Part shown: positions 47,231 through 57,779 of the stretch, one piece after another
Numbering within the stretch: the first letter of the stretch is position 1
Layout of the letters: each line of letters begins with the position of its first letter
From: a virus
Lineage: Duplodnaviria; Caudoviricetes
Length of the DNA: 64,000 bases
Direction: 5' to 3' (one strand)
Virus record (IMG/VR): IMGVR_UViG_3300036713_000599
The notes under the pieces: model-generated
What the model saw: only the letters and a program-made list of their open reading frames with translations
What the model was told of the DNA's origin: nothing
Database searches by the model: none
Program-made: the position numbers and the translations under genes

Positions 47231-47309
47231 GTCAACTGCCTCGCCCTGAAGGGCGAGGCAGTTGACCCCCGCCCTGAAGGACGGGGTCTCCGCGCGAGAG
47301 ACCGATGAA
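47231..47309. repeat. perfect 16-bp hairpin plus IS200/IS605-end-like motif, copy 2
   Basis: gtcaactgcctcgccc-tgaa-gggcgaggcagttgac, then ccccgccctgaaggacggggtctcc...gatgaa. Confidence 0.85.
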
Positions 47310-47405
47310 TTTGGTTGGTGTGATGTACGGGAAGAAGGTCGACAAACCTAAGGCTCTTTGAGAATTTGGTCCGATTCGAGGAAGATAGGAGGAGGTCCCT
47401 ACTTG

Positions 47406-47783
47406 CTACTTTAGGGCGCGTCTACCTAGTGTCACGAATTCACCTAAGGACATTCGCAAGGCTTCTTGCCGTTTCTTGATACGATCTGAAACAGCCCTGA
47501 GTTTGGGAAACTCTTTCTTGTAGAAATCGCTGATATTGTAGTCTATGTCAGGCACTGATCTCACATATTTTAGAAATTCTTCGGCTTTCTTTACCTTCTG
47601 TTCGAGCATCTCTTTACCGTCTGAGCTTGCGGTTCGATCAGGATCAAGCCTGTCTGCGAGATCGTGTAGTTTTTCTGCTACGACCTCTCTGCTTGGTCTT
47701 TCGTACGAACTGACGAATTCTAAGACATTCTGGATCTCTGTCTGTAGCTCTTGGGGAGATGCTATCTTTTTCATGTAAGCCAT
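47406..47783 (-). CDS. hypothetical phage protein
   Basis: MAYMKKIASPQELQTEI...DRTASSD. Confidence 0.7.
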   Translation of the reverse strand: MAYMKKIASPQELQTEIQNVLEFVSSYERPSREVVAEKLHDLADRLDPDRTASSDGKEMLEQKVKKAEEFLKYVRSVPDIDYNISDFYKKEFPKLRAVSDRIKKRQEALRMSLGEFVTLGRRALK

Positions 47784-47806
47784 GGGCTAAAAAATGTTTA
47801 TCACGG

Positions 47807-47835
47807 TTGACAACTGTATTTTCTGGCGGTATAGA
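47807..47835 (+). promoter_or_regulatory. sigma70-like promoter
   Basis: TTGACA-17 nt-TATAGA with no convincing plus-strand ORF downstream. Confidence 0.6.
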
Positions 47836-47841
47836 TAGAAT

Positions 47842-48184
47842 TGATAGGAAGTGGAGTCAACGATAACCAAGTTGGCGTCATTTTTCATCACAACCGGTAG
47901 GAAACATATACGGTGTTATTATCTCGGGGTGCCGACAGGCTCCGCCCCCTGCGTAAGCGGCTTGGGCGGAAATAAATCGATAATGGCTTAGGTCGCCCGA
48001 CTAAACCGAAGCCCTCAGCTGGGAAGAGACAAGGTGCTCAATACGGGAGCGAGCCCACACCCAGCACACCCTTGGTTGGTTTTTTCTGGCCTCGTGGTGC
48101 CCGTTGACGGCTCGGAAAGACGAGCACTTGAGCATACTTGGAGTTCCGGTGTGGTTCGATTCCACCTATGCTCTCCTAGAACCA
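47842..48184 (+). ncRNA. candidate structured ncRNA ending in a tRNA-like acceptor/T-arm module
   Basis: Hairpins at 47941-47970 (GTAA tetraloop) and 48110-48125; GAGCATA (48130-48136) pairs TATGCTC (48167-48173) around GTGG-TTCGATT-CCAC. Confidence 0.45.
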
Positions 48185-48227
48185 TTTTACCTCATAGAGA
48201 TAAAATGGTGGATCGGACAACGACTCT

Positions 48228-48503
48228 TTACGAGGAGCTTGTAAAGACACCGCGCACCCATGAAACTACTAGGGCTAGGAGACCTCCTATGAACACGGCG
48301 TTGAGGAACAACAAGCCTCCCATGTCGTGGTGAATGAGTCTCCCGCCCCAATGTAGGAGGCTGGGGAGGCGGCTGACATCTGGCTGGATGGACAACTCCG
48401 TCTCTAGCTGAATTTGAGGATTTGCTAGGAGATCCACGACGGCGTAGACGAGGATACCTATAGTGTTGATTCCCCAGAGGAGCAGGAACTTTTTGACACT
48501 CAC
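48228..48503 (-). CDS. small two-TM membrane protein (holin-like)
   Basis: Two hydrophobic helices in 91 aa. Confidence 0.5.
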   Translation of the reverse strand: MSVKKFLLLWGINTIGILVYAVVDLLANPQIQLETELSIQPDVSRLPSLLHWGGRLIHHDMGGLLFLNAVFIGGLLALVVSWVRGVFTSSS

Positions 48504-48535
48504 GATCTATCTGTTCGATAAGTGGACCACAAGGA

Positions 48536-48916
48536 CTACAGTACAGGTTCATTGTCTTTTACGAGTTGCCCGATCGTTTTGGCGAGATAGTCTGCTACCT
48601 TGGAGGGATGCCCGCTCTTGGCACGAACCTTCTTGGCACCGAATAGGTTGACCAATGCCTTGGCTTTGACCTTTGTGGCGGGATCTTGGTCGAAGTCCAC
48701 CATGAAGACAGCACGGTTGTTCATTGCTTGTGCGCCTGTCGATCCATAGGACTTCGGTAGATTGATAAGAGTGACTGCGACATTTGTTGATCCGAAGCGG
48801 CTGTCCACTTCGACAAACACTTGTCGATCTTCGACATTAAGTTTTCTTTCAAGCTCTTTTTTGAAGTCTTCGGCACTCATGGGTTCGTCGGCAGATGTTT
48901 TGTAATAGTCGTTCAT
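48536..48916 (-). CDS. hypothetical protein
   Basis: 126 aa, GAGG RBS. Confidence 0.7.
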   Translation of the reverse strand: MNDYYKTSADEPMSAEDFKKELERKLNVEDRQVFVEVDSRFGSTNVAVTLINLPKSYGSTGAQAMNNRAVFMVDFDQDPATKVKAKALVNLFGAKKVRAKSGHPSKVADYLAKTIGQLVKDNEPVL

Positions 48917-48976
48917 TTTTTAACCTCTGCGTGTAATACGATCTGAGTTCGCATATGTTCGGTTGTGGTTGTGAAT

Positions 48977-49438
48977 TTATCTGAGCGTGTTCGAGGGCTG
49001 TGTGTCTGGTACAGGTTCTTCGTCCGTGTTCAACCCGTCCGGTAGATCTTCCGAGAACGTGTTCCGCCTTTTTCGTTCGATGGCGAACGCGACGCGTCGG
49101 AAGATCATGGTTGTGTTGGTGAAGTTTTTGACGATGAAGTCCTCTGCTCCGAGTCGGATCATCCGGAGAGCCAGTTGCAGGTCGGTCGTATTGCTGACCA
49201 CTACAATAGGTATCTCCGGGTATGCGTTGTGTAGTGTCAAGAAGGTGTCGATACCGGACGAGTCAGGTAAATGTAGGTCCAGGATGACGCAGTCGAACAC
49301 GCCTCGCTCCAGGTAGTCACGAGCAGACTGTAGGTTACCTACCTCTCGGAACTTGGCCTCAGAGATGTAATGCTCTTGAAGGGCGAACACGAGGAGTTCT
49401 CGGTCAACGGAGCTGTCTTCGACGATCAGGATGTTCAC
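48977..49438 (-). CDS. response-regulator receiver protein
   Basis: ILIVED, VILDLHLPD (phospho-Asp), VVVS, FIVK. Confidence 0.92.
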   Translation of the reverse strand: MNILIVEDSSVDRELLVFALQEHYISEAKFREVGNLQSARDYLERGVFDCVILDLHLPDSSGIDTFLTLHNAYPEIPIVVVSNTTDLQLALRMIRLGAEDFIVKNFTNTTMIFRRVAFAIERKRRNTFSEDLPDGLNTDEEPVPDTQPSNTLR

Positions 49439-49713
49439 ACGGCCTCCTCTATCTTTTTGACAGGAACGTGCCCTTTTGGCCCTTCAATGACACCATCTTC
49501 GATCGGCCACCCTTTTTGTAGCGCCAGTGCGTCGATATCCCGTCCGCGGACAACAGCACTTGCGATGTCTTTGGCTTGGCCACTTGAGAGCCCTGTCTCC
49601 TCACGGATCATTTGAACAAGTCTTTTGACTTTGTTTTCTTTCTTTTCTTTTGGCTGGTATTTAAAGGCTTCTTTAAGGTATCTTTGGACGACACGTGCGG
49701 TAATAGATCCCAT
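49435..49713 (-). CDS. hypothetical protein
   Basis: MGSITARVVQRYLKEA; stop overlaps the receiver start. Confidence 0.65.
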   Translation of the reverse strand: MGSITARVVQRYLKEAFKYQPKEKKENKVKRLVQMIREETGLSSGQAKDIASAVVRGRDIDALALQKGWPIEDGVIEGPKGHVPVKKIEEAV

Positions 49714-49829
49714 GCTTACGTCATACATAGGTAAATTTTCGGCAGTGTCTTAGGTTTGGCCGCAGTTCAGCAGACCGGGGCACTGATTTCTGTGGCCGGG
49801 TGCTGCAGGCTTGAGCTTTACCAGACAGA

Positions 49830-50270
49830 CTAGGAGGGTGTGTAGGGAGGGGGCGTGCTTCTGTGGGGTAGTAAGGTGAACTGTAGCCACAGGTAGTGGA
49901 GTTTTCGGGCTAACCTCAACAGCTTCGGGAAACCTACAGGTTTTCGCACGAAGGCGTTGCATCTGCACTCATATGCTTTCTGTACGTCCTGAGGGTGTTT
50001 GGAATTGGTCAGGATGACAACAGGTATCAGGTTGATGTCGGGGTCGGCGTCTTGTCGGATCTCTTTGAGTACTTCAAGTCCACCTACCTTGGGCATATTT
50101 AGATCAAGTAGGACCAGTTTTGGTTTTTTGGGCATCCCTCTCAGAGTTTTAAGCGCAGCTTCCCCGTCCGTTGCAATCGTTATTGACGGCATGTGTGTAC
50201 AGGCATCCCTGAAAGCTTCTGTGAGAAGCTCGGCATCGGTCGCATTATCCTCAACCAGGAGTATGTCCAT
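49830..50270 (-). CDS. single-domain response regulator (Rcp1-like)
   Basis: ILLVEDNATD, LVLLDLNMPKVGGLEVL, PVVILTNS, NAFVRKPV. Confidence 0.95.
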   Translation of the reverse strand: MDILLVEDNATDAELLTEAFRDACTHMPSITIATDGEAALKTLRGMPKKPKLVLLDLNMPKVGGLEVLKEIRQDADPDINLIPVVILTNSKHPQDVQKAYECRCNAFVRKPVGFPKLLRLARKLHYLWLQFTLLPHRSTPPPYTPS

Positions 50271-51348
50271 TTTCGACCCTAGGTAGTGTGAAATGGAATT
50301 TTGTACCTACCCCTGGTTTCGACCAAGGCCAGATTTTACCTCCGTGTTGCTCTATAACGCGGCGCGCGATGGCGAGACCGATCCCTGTGCCAGGGTACTG
50401 TTCGATCGTATACAGGCGTTGAAAGACACCGAAGATCTTGTTTTTGTGTTGCATGTCAAAACCGATCCCGTTATCGCTTACAGTAATCTTCCACAAAAAC
50501 GGGCCGTACGGTTCCACTTCTATTTTGATGTGAGGCGGTTCGTTTTTCCGTCGGTACTTGATCGCGTTCGAAAATAGATTCTGAATAACTTGGGCGACCA
50601 TACTACGGTCACCATGGATGAGAGGCATGTCGCCCGCTACTTCGATGCGTGCCTTAGATGTGTCTATTTTTCTGACTAGTGACCGTTTTGCTTCCTCAAT
50701 GGCAGCCCCTAACGGGAAAGGCTCGAAGGGTCTTTCTTGGCCTGCCTTCGAAAAGGCCAGAAGATCGTCTAGCTTTTTTTCCATCTGTTGTGAAACGGTC
50801 ACGATCCGGTCTAGAAAATGACACCCTCGTTCGTCTAGGGCGGACTGGTACCTTTTTTGTAGAAGGGTCGCGAATCCTGCAATCCCGGTGAGAGGCTCAC
50901 GGAGGTCGTGTGACACCAGAGACGTGAACTGAGTGAGAGCCTGGTTGACCTCTTGGAGCTTGTGTTGGTGTTCGACGGACTCTGAGATGTCTCTGGTAAT
51001 TACGACGGCAGTATTGTTCGAAGATTTTCCCATATGGGCTTGAAAGTGCTCCAAAGTACCGTTCTTTTTAGGCACAGAGTAAGACAGTATCGCACTCTCT
51101 CCTGTTTCAATGACTTTGCGGACAGCTTCTGTGATCTTGTTCGCGACGTCTTCAGGTAACAGGTCTCTGACATTTTCGCCTATGGGTTTGTTGGTGGAGG
51201 TGAACAGGTACCGCCCTTCTGCGTCGATTTCCGACACAGGATCAGGAAGGGCTTTCATGATACCGTGCAACCTGCCTAGAACTCTCCCTCTCGGGCACTG
51301 GTGTTCGTTCTCACACCTTGGTGGAGTATTTGGGATTATTTGTGTCAT
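50251..51348 (-). CDS. soluble PAS-histidine kinase
   Basis: PAS-like ALPDPVSEIDAEGRYL...VVITRDISE; H-box VSHDLREPL; N-box QNLFSNAIKY; DNGIGF; IFGVFQRL; GTGIGLAI. Confidence 0.95.
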   Translation of the reverse strand: MTQIIPNTPPRCENEHQCPRGRVLGRLHGIMKALPDPVSEIDAEGRYLFTSTNKPIGENVRDLLPEDVANKITEAVRKVIETGESAILSYSVPKKNGTLEHFQAHMGKSSNNTAVVITRDISESVEHQHKLQEVNQALTQFTSLVSHDLREPLTGIAGFATLLQKRYQSALDERGCHFLDRIVTVSQQMEKKLDDLLAFSKAGQERPFEPFPLGAAIEEAKRSLVRKIDTSKARIEVAGDMPLIHGDRSMVAQVIQNLFSNAIKYRRKNEPPHIKIEVEPYGPFLWKITVSDNGIGFDMQHKNKIFGVFQRLYTIEQYPGTGIGLAIARRVIEQHGGKIWPWSKPGVGTKFHFTLPRVENGHTPG

Positions 51349-52289
51349 TGGCTGTTACTTGGTGGTGGTGTGGTCTCGATTGGTGCCGTGATGGTGGTTT
51401 TTTTGTTGGTGTTGGCCGCGAAGTAGGTCGCAGCTGCTGTGGCAAGTACGCCGAACAGAGTTAGGGCGGCGATAACTACCTTTACCCACAGGTCCATCTT
51501 GGTTCGCATTGTCTGGTTGTGTTCCTTGAGCACCGTCATACCTGTCTCAGTCACTTCGTCGTGTAGACCGTCGACGTTGCCTTCGAGAACACTGATCCGG
51601 TGGTCCAGGAGGTCAACCTGGGAACGCATACTTGGGCGATTACTGTGACCTCGCAACAGTTCTTTGTCCAAGAGTGTGACTGTTTTGATTATTTCGTCTT
51701 GCTGTAGCCCTTGTTTGGCGATCTTGAGGCTGATGTCTTGCAGTGCTGAGAAAGTCTTTCGGGACAGATCTGCCACAGCTGAGGTGGTTTCAACTTGCAT
51801 GTCTCGAATAGTGTCGGCACTGGCCCCCCTCTTTTGGGCTTTGTTCATCTTTAACTTTGTGCTAGACACTCGACGAAAACTATCCGCCTCTGTGGGTTCT
51901 AGTCTTACATTTCGTTTGTGTTTTTCGATGGCGAACACGATGCGTCGAAAAATGTCTTCTTCGTCTGTGTACTTTTTTAAAATGAAGTCGGCGGCCCCTG
52001 ATTGGATCATTTCGACTGCGAGGAGCCGATCCTTGTTGTTGGTCATCACAATGAACGGCACATGGGGGTACTGGTCGTATAGTTTTTTGAATGTTTCTTT
52101 GCCGATCGAATCAGGCAGATGAAGGTCGAGTACAACACAGTCGATTGTCTCAGTGTCCAGGATATGAACAGCTGCCGCCAGGGACGGTGCTTCGTACAAA
52201 GTTACCTCTCCTCGGAATTGTTCTTGGAGCAGGTACCGTAGGATTTCTCGGTCCGGGGCTCTGTCTTCTACGAGCAGTATGTGTTGCAT
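51345..52289 (-). CDS. receiver-coiled-coil-transmembrane fusion protein
   Basis: ILLVED, VVLDLHLPD, FILKK; LDHRISVLEGNV coiled coil; C-terminal VKVVIAALTLFGVLATAAATYFAA. Confidence 0.88.
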   Translation of the reverse strand: MQHILLVEDRAPDREILRYLLQEQFRGEVTLYEAPSLAAAVHILDTETIDCVVLDLHLPDSIGKETFKKLYDQYPHVPFIVMTNNKDRLLAVEMIQSGAADFILKKYTDEEDIFRRIVFAIEKHKRNVRLEPTEADSFRRVSSTKLKMNKAQKRGASADTIRDMQVETTSAVADLSRKTFSALQDISLKIAKQGLQQDEIIKTVTLLDKELLRGHSNRPSMRSQVDLLDHRISVLEGNVDGLHDEVTETGMTVLKEHNQTMRTKMDLWVKVVIAALTLFGVLATAAATYFAANTNKKTTITAPIETTPPPSNSQ

Positions 52290-52714
52290 TTCAAGTAATA
52301 TGGGCCACAAATGCATTTGCGACGACCAGAGGAGCAGTAAGAGTTCGGGTCTTTTGTTGCGGCTGGTATACAGTGTAGAGATACCGAGGTAACACGGTTA
52401 CCGGTAGGATCAGATGACGGCTTTCTACGAGAAGGCAGTGTTGGTGTCGGATTTAGTGATTAGGAGGTGTAGCATGGTTTGGAGATTTTCCAGTTTTGTT
52501 GGATTTTTCACTGTCAGGGTCCCAGGGCAAGAGGATCAGAAATATTCTGAGTTCTGTGAGGCTGCGGATGCTGTTATCAGGTCTAAGAAATATACGATGC
52601 TTTTCGATCCGTGCGGTGATCTTATGTTGACCAAAGGATCCCCCTCTTGATTGCTTGTGTGGAGCTGGTTGTTCCGGGGAGACGTACGAGATCTTGTTCT
52701 GGGCTTGATTCCTG

Positions 52715-52960
52715 GTGAAAATAATGTCGAAAAAACTAGAAAGACCGGTTATCCGGGTCACCTCTGAGGAAGGCTTTCCAGGTTCCGGTTCTTGGCGTAC
52801 AGAATGTCAGTGTAATCCGGGTTGTGTTGAATACAGGTGTCTTAGTTGTAGGGAGGTGTGGTGTAGCCGTCCCAGTAAGGGCCCGTGTCCCAAATGCGGA
52901 CACCATAAATTTGTGTGGTGTAATTACACAGAATGGTGTAGATCACATGAAATGACTTAG
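52715..52960 (+). CDS. Cys-rich zinc-finger protein
   Basis: CQCNPGC, CLSC, CPKC. Confidence 0.55.
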   Translation: MKIMSKKLERPVIRVTSEEGFPGSGSWRTECQCNPGCVEYRCLSCREVWCSRPSKGPCPKCGHHKFVWCNYTEWCRSHEMT

Positions 52961-53088
52961 TGGTGACGTGTTGGTAAACTGTCCCTCTGGTCCTAGAGGG
53001 AGTTGAGTGGGGCTCACGCCCTGCTGTTCCTGTTTCACCTCAACGGTCCTGGTCGATGTTTGGCGTCAATGTGCGAGAGGAATGATGT

Positions 53089-55202
<2,114 letters not shown>

Positions 55203-55236
55203 CCTTCGCGTACCTTCTTGTTGGAACGCTTGGTAG

Positions 55237-55629
55237 GTGGATAATCGTCTCTTCAAAGTACACGGTCAGCGGCTACACGGCCTTCGTCGCCAGGATCTTC
55301 CCGAGGTGGCTAGGGCCATTGTGGCTGTTGTTCGTAAACAGGCCCAAGCATCGCGTGAGAGGTACCAGGGCGTCGGCTACGTACGTCTGTCGGGCTCTGG
55401 TATAGACGAGATTGTCCTGGCATCGGACTGGGATCTTGTCACGCCGTTCATAGAGGACGGCACATTTAGCCCCCTCACATACCCAACAGGGTCGTGTTTC
55501 GGGTACCTTGATCCAGACACACACTTCGACGGCGCGACGCTAGATCGAAAGGACTGGTATTTCTATCAGCGTGTTTTGGGTGTTCTTGAGCAAATCTTCA
55601 CTGACAGTTACCCTGTTCCCAACACATAG
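55237..55629 (+). CDS. hypothetical protein
   Basis: 130-aa ORF in the run. Confidence 0.6.
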   Translation: MDNRLFKVHGQRLHGLRRQDLPEVARAIVAVVRKQAQASRERYQGVGYVRLSGSGIDEIVLASDWDLVTPFIEDGTFSPLTYPTGSCFGYLDPDTHFDGATLDRKDWYFYQRVLGVLEQIFTDSYPVPNT

Positions 55630-55638
55630 GAGACTACT

Positions 55639-55866
55639 TTGTCTGACAATAAAAATTCCCACCTCGCCCCTGGACTGAAGCTGCCTCAACCTCCGCCGCG
55701 GGAAGACAACAAAAAGGTTGTTAACATAAAGTGTCGCAATAAGGGCTGTGATTCCATGACTGCGGAAATTCTTGAGATTCCTGGAAATGGCCACCAGAGA
55801 GTATATCGCTGCACGGAGTGTGGTCACCCTATCGCTGTAAATGTGGGCGGAGGGGTTAATTTCTAA
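55639..55866 (+). CDS. zinc-ribbon protein
   Basis: CRNKGC and CTEC. Confidence 0.6.
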   Translation: MSDNKNSHLAPGLKLPQPPPREDNKKVVNIKCRNKGCDSMTAEILEIPGNGHQRVYRCTECGHPIAVNVGGGVNF

Positions 55867-56663
55867 TGAGAGAACTAGATGTCGAGACGTTGAAGGCGTT
55901 CGAGGGATTTGTCGCTAAGCATATCCCTGGGTTTGAGGTAAGGTACAAGGACGAGTCGTACCTAATGGCCATTTTGGGAGTCCTTGCTGCACCTTTCAAC
56001 AGGGACTTTGCGACAAGATACACAACCACTTGGGGCAAGAGGGTGTACTTCCCTAGTAGGGAATTTTATCGTGTCGACCCCTCTCGGAGTTTTCGGATTC
56101 TTGCTCATGAATTCGTACACTTGTGGGATAGCCAGGAGCACTGGTACTTTAAGTTATCTTACATGATGCCACAACTCCTGGTATTGGTGCCTATCTTGGT
56201 GCTCATGTTCTTGCTGGGGACGTGCTCTTGGATCCTGGGAGTTCCGATCATAGGGTATGTCTTAGGCGCTGCCTTACGTTCTGTTCACTTCGCCCTTTTC
56301 TGGTTCGTCTTTGGTGTGTCGGTCATAGGGACGGGTATAATGTTGGTGTTTTTTGGTGGGTGGTTACCCCTTGTGGTAGGGTTAGTTGCTCTCCTCTGTT
56401 TGTGCCCATGGCCTTCCCCTTGGCGCACTAAGTGGGAGCTTAGGGGTTACGGGATGAATGTCGCATTGGCCCGGTGGTTGTACGACACCACTTCTGCAAA
56501 GCACTTTTTCAGCATTGCCCGCCACTTCACTGGTCCGAATTATTTCTACATGTGTCGATCCTTGACTAAGATCCTGGCGGCGTTGGGAGACTACACACCT
56601 AGGGACGGCGTTCCCAGGGACGAGCCATATCAGAGAGTCCGTGCATTCCTCAGAGGTTCTTAG
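55866..56663 (+). CDS. membrane protein with HExxH metalloprotease motif
   Basis: ILAHEFVHLWD, WELRGY, several TM helices. Confidence 0.7.
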   Translation: MRELDVETLKAFEGFVAKHIPGFEVRYKDESYLMAILGVLAAPFNRDFATRYTTTWGKRVYFPSREFYRVDPSRSFRILAHEFVHLWDSQEHWYFKLSYMMPQLLVLVPILVLMFLLGTCSWILGVPIIGYVLGAALRSVHFALFWFVFGVSVIGTGIMLVFFGGWLPLVVGLVALLCLCPWPSPWRTKWELRGYGMNVALARWLYDTTSAKHFFSIARHFTGPNYFYMCRSLTKILAALGDYTPRDGVPRDEPYQRVRAFLRGS

Positions 56664-56665
56664 TA

Positions 56666-56848
56666 ATGTCAGATTCTCTTGGCTTGGTACGATGCCTTCG
56701 GTGTAGAAGCACTTTAGACAGGAGCGGTAAAGAACCCCACCGGCTTGTCTGTTCAGCCTGTGGACAACATTTTTTGGTGGTGTTGCAGCTAGTCCCTGTA
56801 GACGCTCCAAAAGAACCTCTTCTCTTGGAAGATATTGATGCTCAGTGA
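56666..56848 (+). CDS. zinc-finger protein
   Basis: CLRC and CSAC. Confidence 0.55.
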   Translation: MSDSLGLVRCLRCRSTLDRSGKEPHRLVCSACGQHFLVVLQLVPVDAPKEPLLLEDIDAQ

Positions 56849-57776
56849 TGTTCAGGAACAGAGTGAGGGTGTTCGGCTCCTTAGGCGGGTCGTCGATGGG
56901 AGTATTTCCACTCCCTTGCTCCTTGTGGGTGATGAGGGCGTAGGCCGTCGGTTTTCTGTCATCTCGGCAGCGAAAGAGGAGTTTTCCGGCGGGAACGCCG
57001 ATAGCGACCATTGTTTCAGGATTTCCAAAGAGGCTCATCCTGACCTCATTACCGTTCGCTCCGACGACAAAGGCATCGGTGTAGATACTATACGAGATGT
57101 TGTACGGCTGTCGAGTTCGTTTCCTTCAATGGTTCCTGTACGTTACGTTGTCATCGACGGTGCTGACACGATGACAACCTCGGCGTCAAACGCCCTCCTC
57201 AAGACTCTAGAGGACCCTCCGCGTTCCACAAGATTCTTTCTGCTCGCTTCTTCGTTTGAGTCGGTTATCCCAACTATTCGTTCTAGGTGCGGTCTCGTAA
57301 GATACCGATCTTTATCGGAAAAATTTATTCTTAGCTTCTTGGGACGGCACACGGACGACAACACTAAGGCACTTGTCTGCACTCGTCTCTCAGAGGGTTC
57401 GGTTGGTCGAGCCTATCAAATTCTTGCATCAGGTCGACTGTCCCTTCGGACAAAAATGTTTACCCTTTTGGAGCTGGGTTTGGCTGGAGACATATCACCT
57501 CTGTTTTCGACTATAGATGATGTCGAGAATGACCTGGATCAAGGGCTCCGTTTCCTGGGGCAACTCATCCGAGATTTGGTCATCCTCCCTTACGCTCCCG
57601 ATCGAGTTTCCAACTTGGATATTCAAGATCAGCTAGCTCTCTTTCGCGACCGGCTGGACGAAAGGTATCTAAGCAGGTTGGTCGCAGGGTTGAGTCATCT
57701 CCGGAACCAGATGAGGGGGAGTATTCACCTTCCCTTCCATATCAAGACTTACCTAGTCTCTGCCTTTGGAGTGTGA
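56835..57776 (+). CDS. holB: DNA polymerase III delta-prime-like clamp-loader subunit
   Basis: LLLVGDEGVGRR, HPDL, VVIDGADTMT..ASNALLKTLEDPP, IPTIRSRC. Confidence 0.88.
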   Translation: MMLSDVQEQSEGVRLLRRVVDGSISTPLLLVGDEGVGRRFSVISAAKEEFSGGNADSDHCFRISKEAHPDLITVRSDDKGIGVDTIRDVVRLSSSFPSMVPVRYVVIDGADTMTTSASNALLKTLEDPPRSTRFFLLASSFESVIPTIRSRCGLVRYRSLSEKFILSFLGRHTDDNTKALVCTRLSEGSVGRAYQILASGRLSLRTKMFTLLELGLAGDISPLFSTIDDVENDLDQGLRFLGQLIRDLVILPYAPDRVSNLDIQDQLALFRDRLDERYLSRLVAGLSHLRNQMRGSIHLPFHIKTYLVSAFGV

Positions 57777-57779
57777 TTA

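Noticed and set aside
47842-48184. Standard tRNA or tmRNA call
   Set aside because: No D or anticodon arm, no G3.U70 pair, no tag frame ending in Ala-rich residues; kept only as a tRNA-like candidate.
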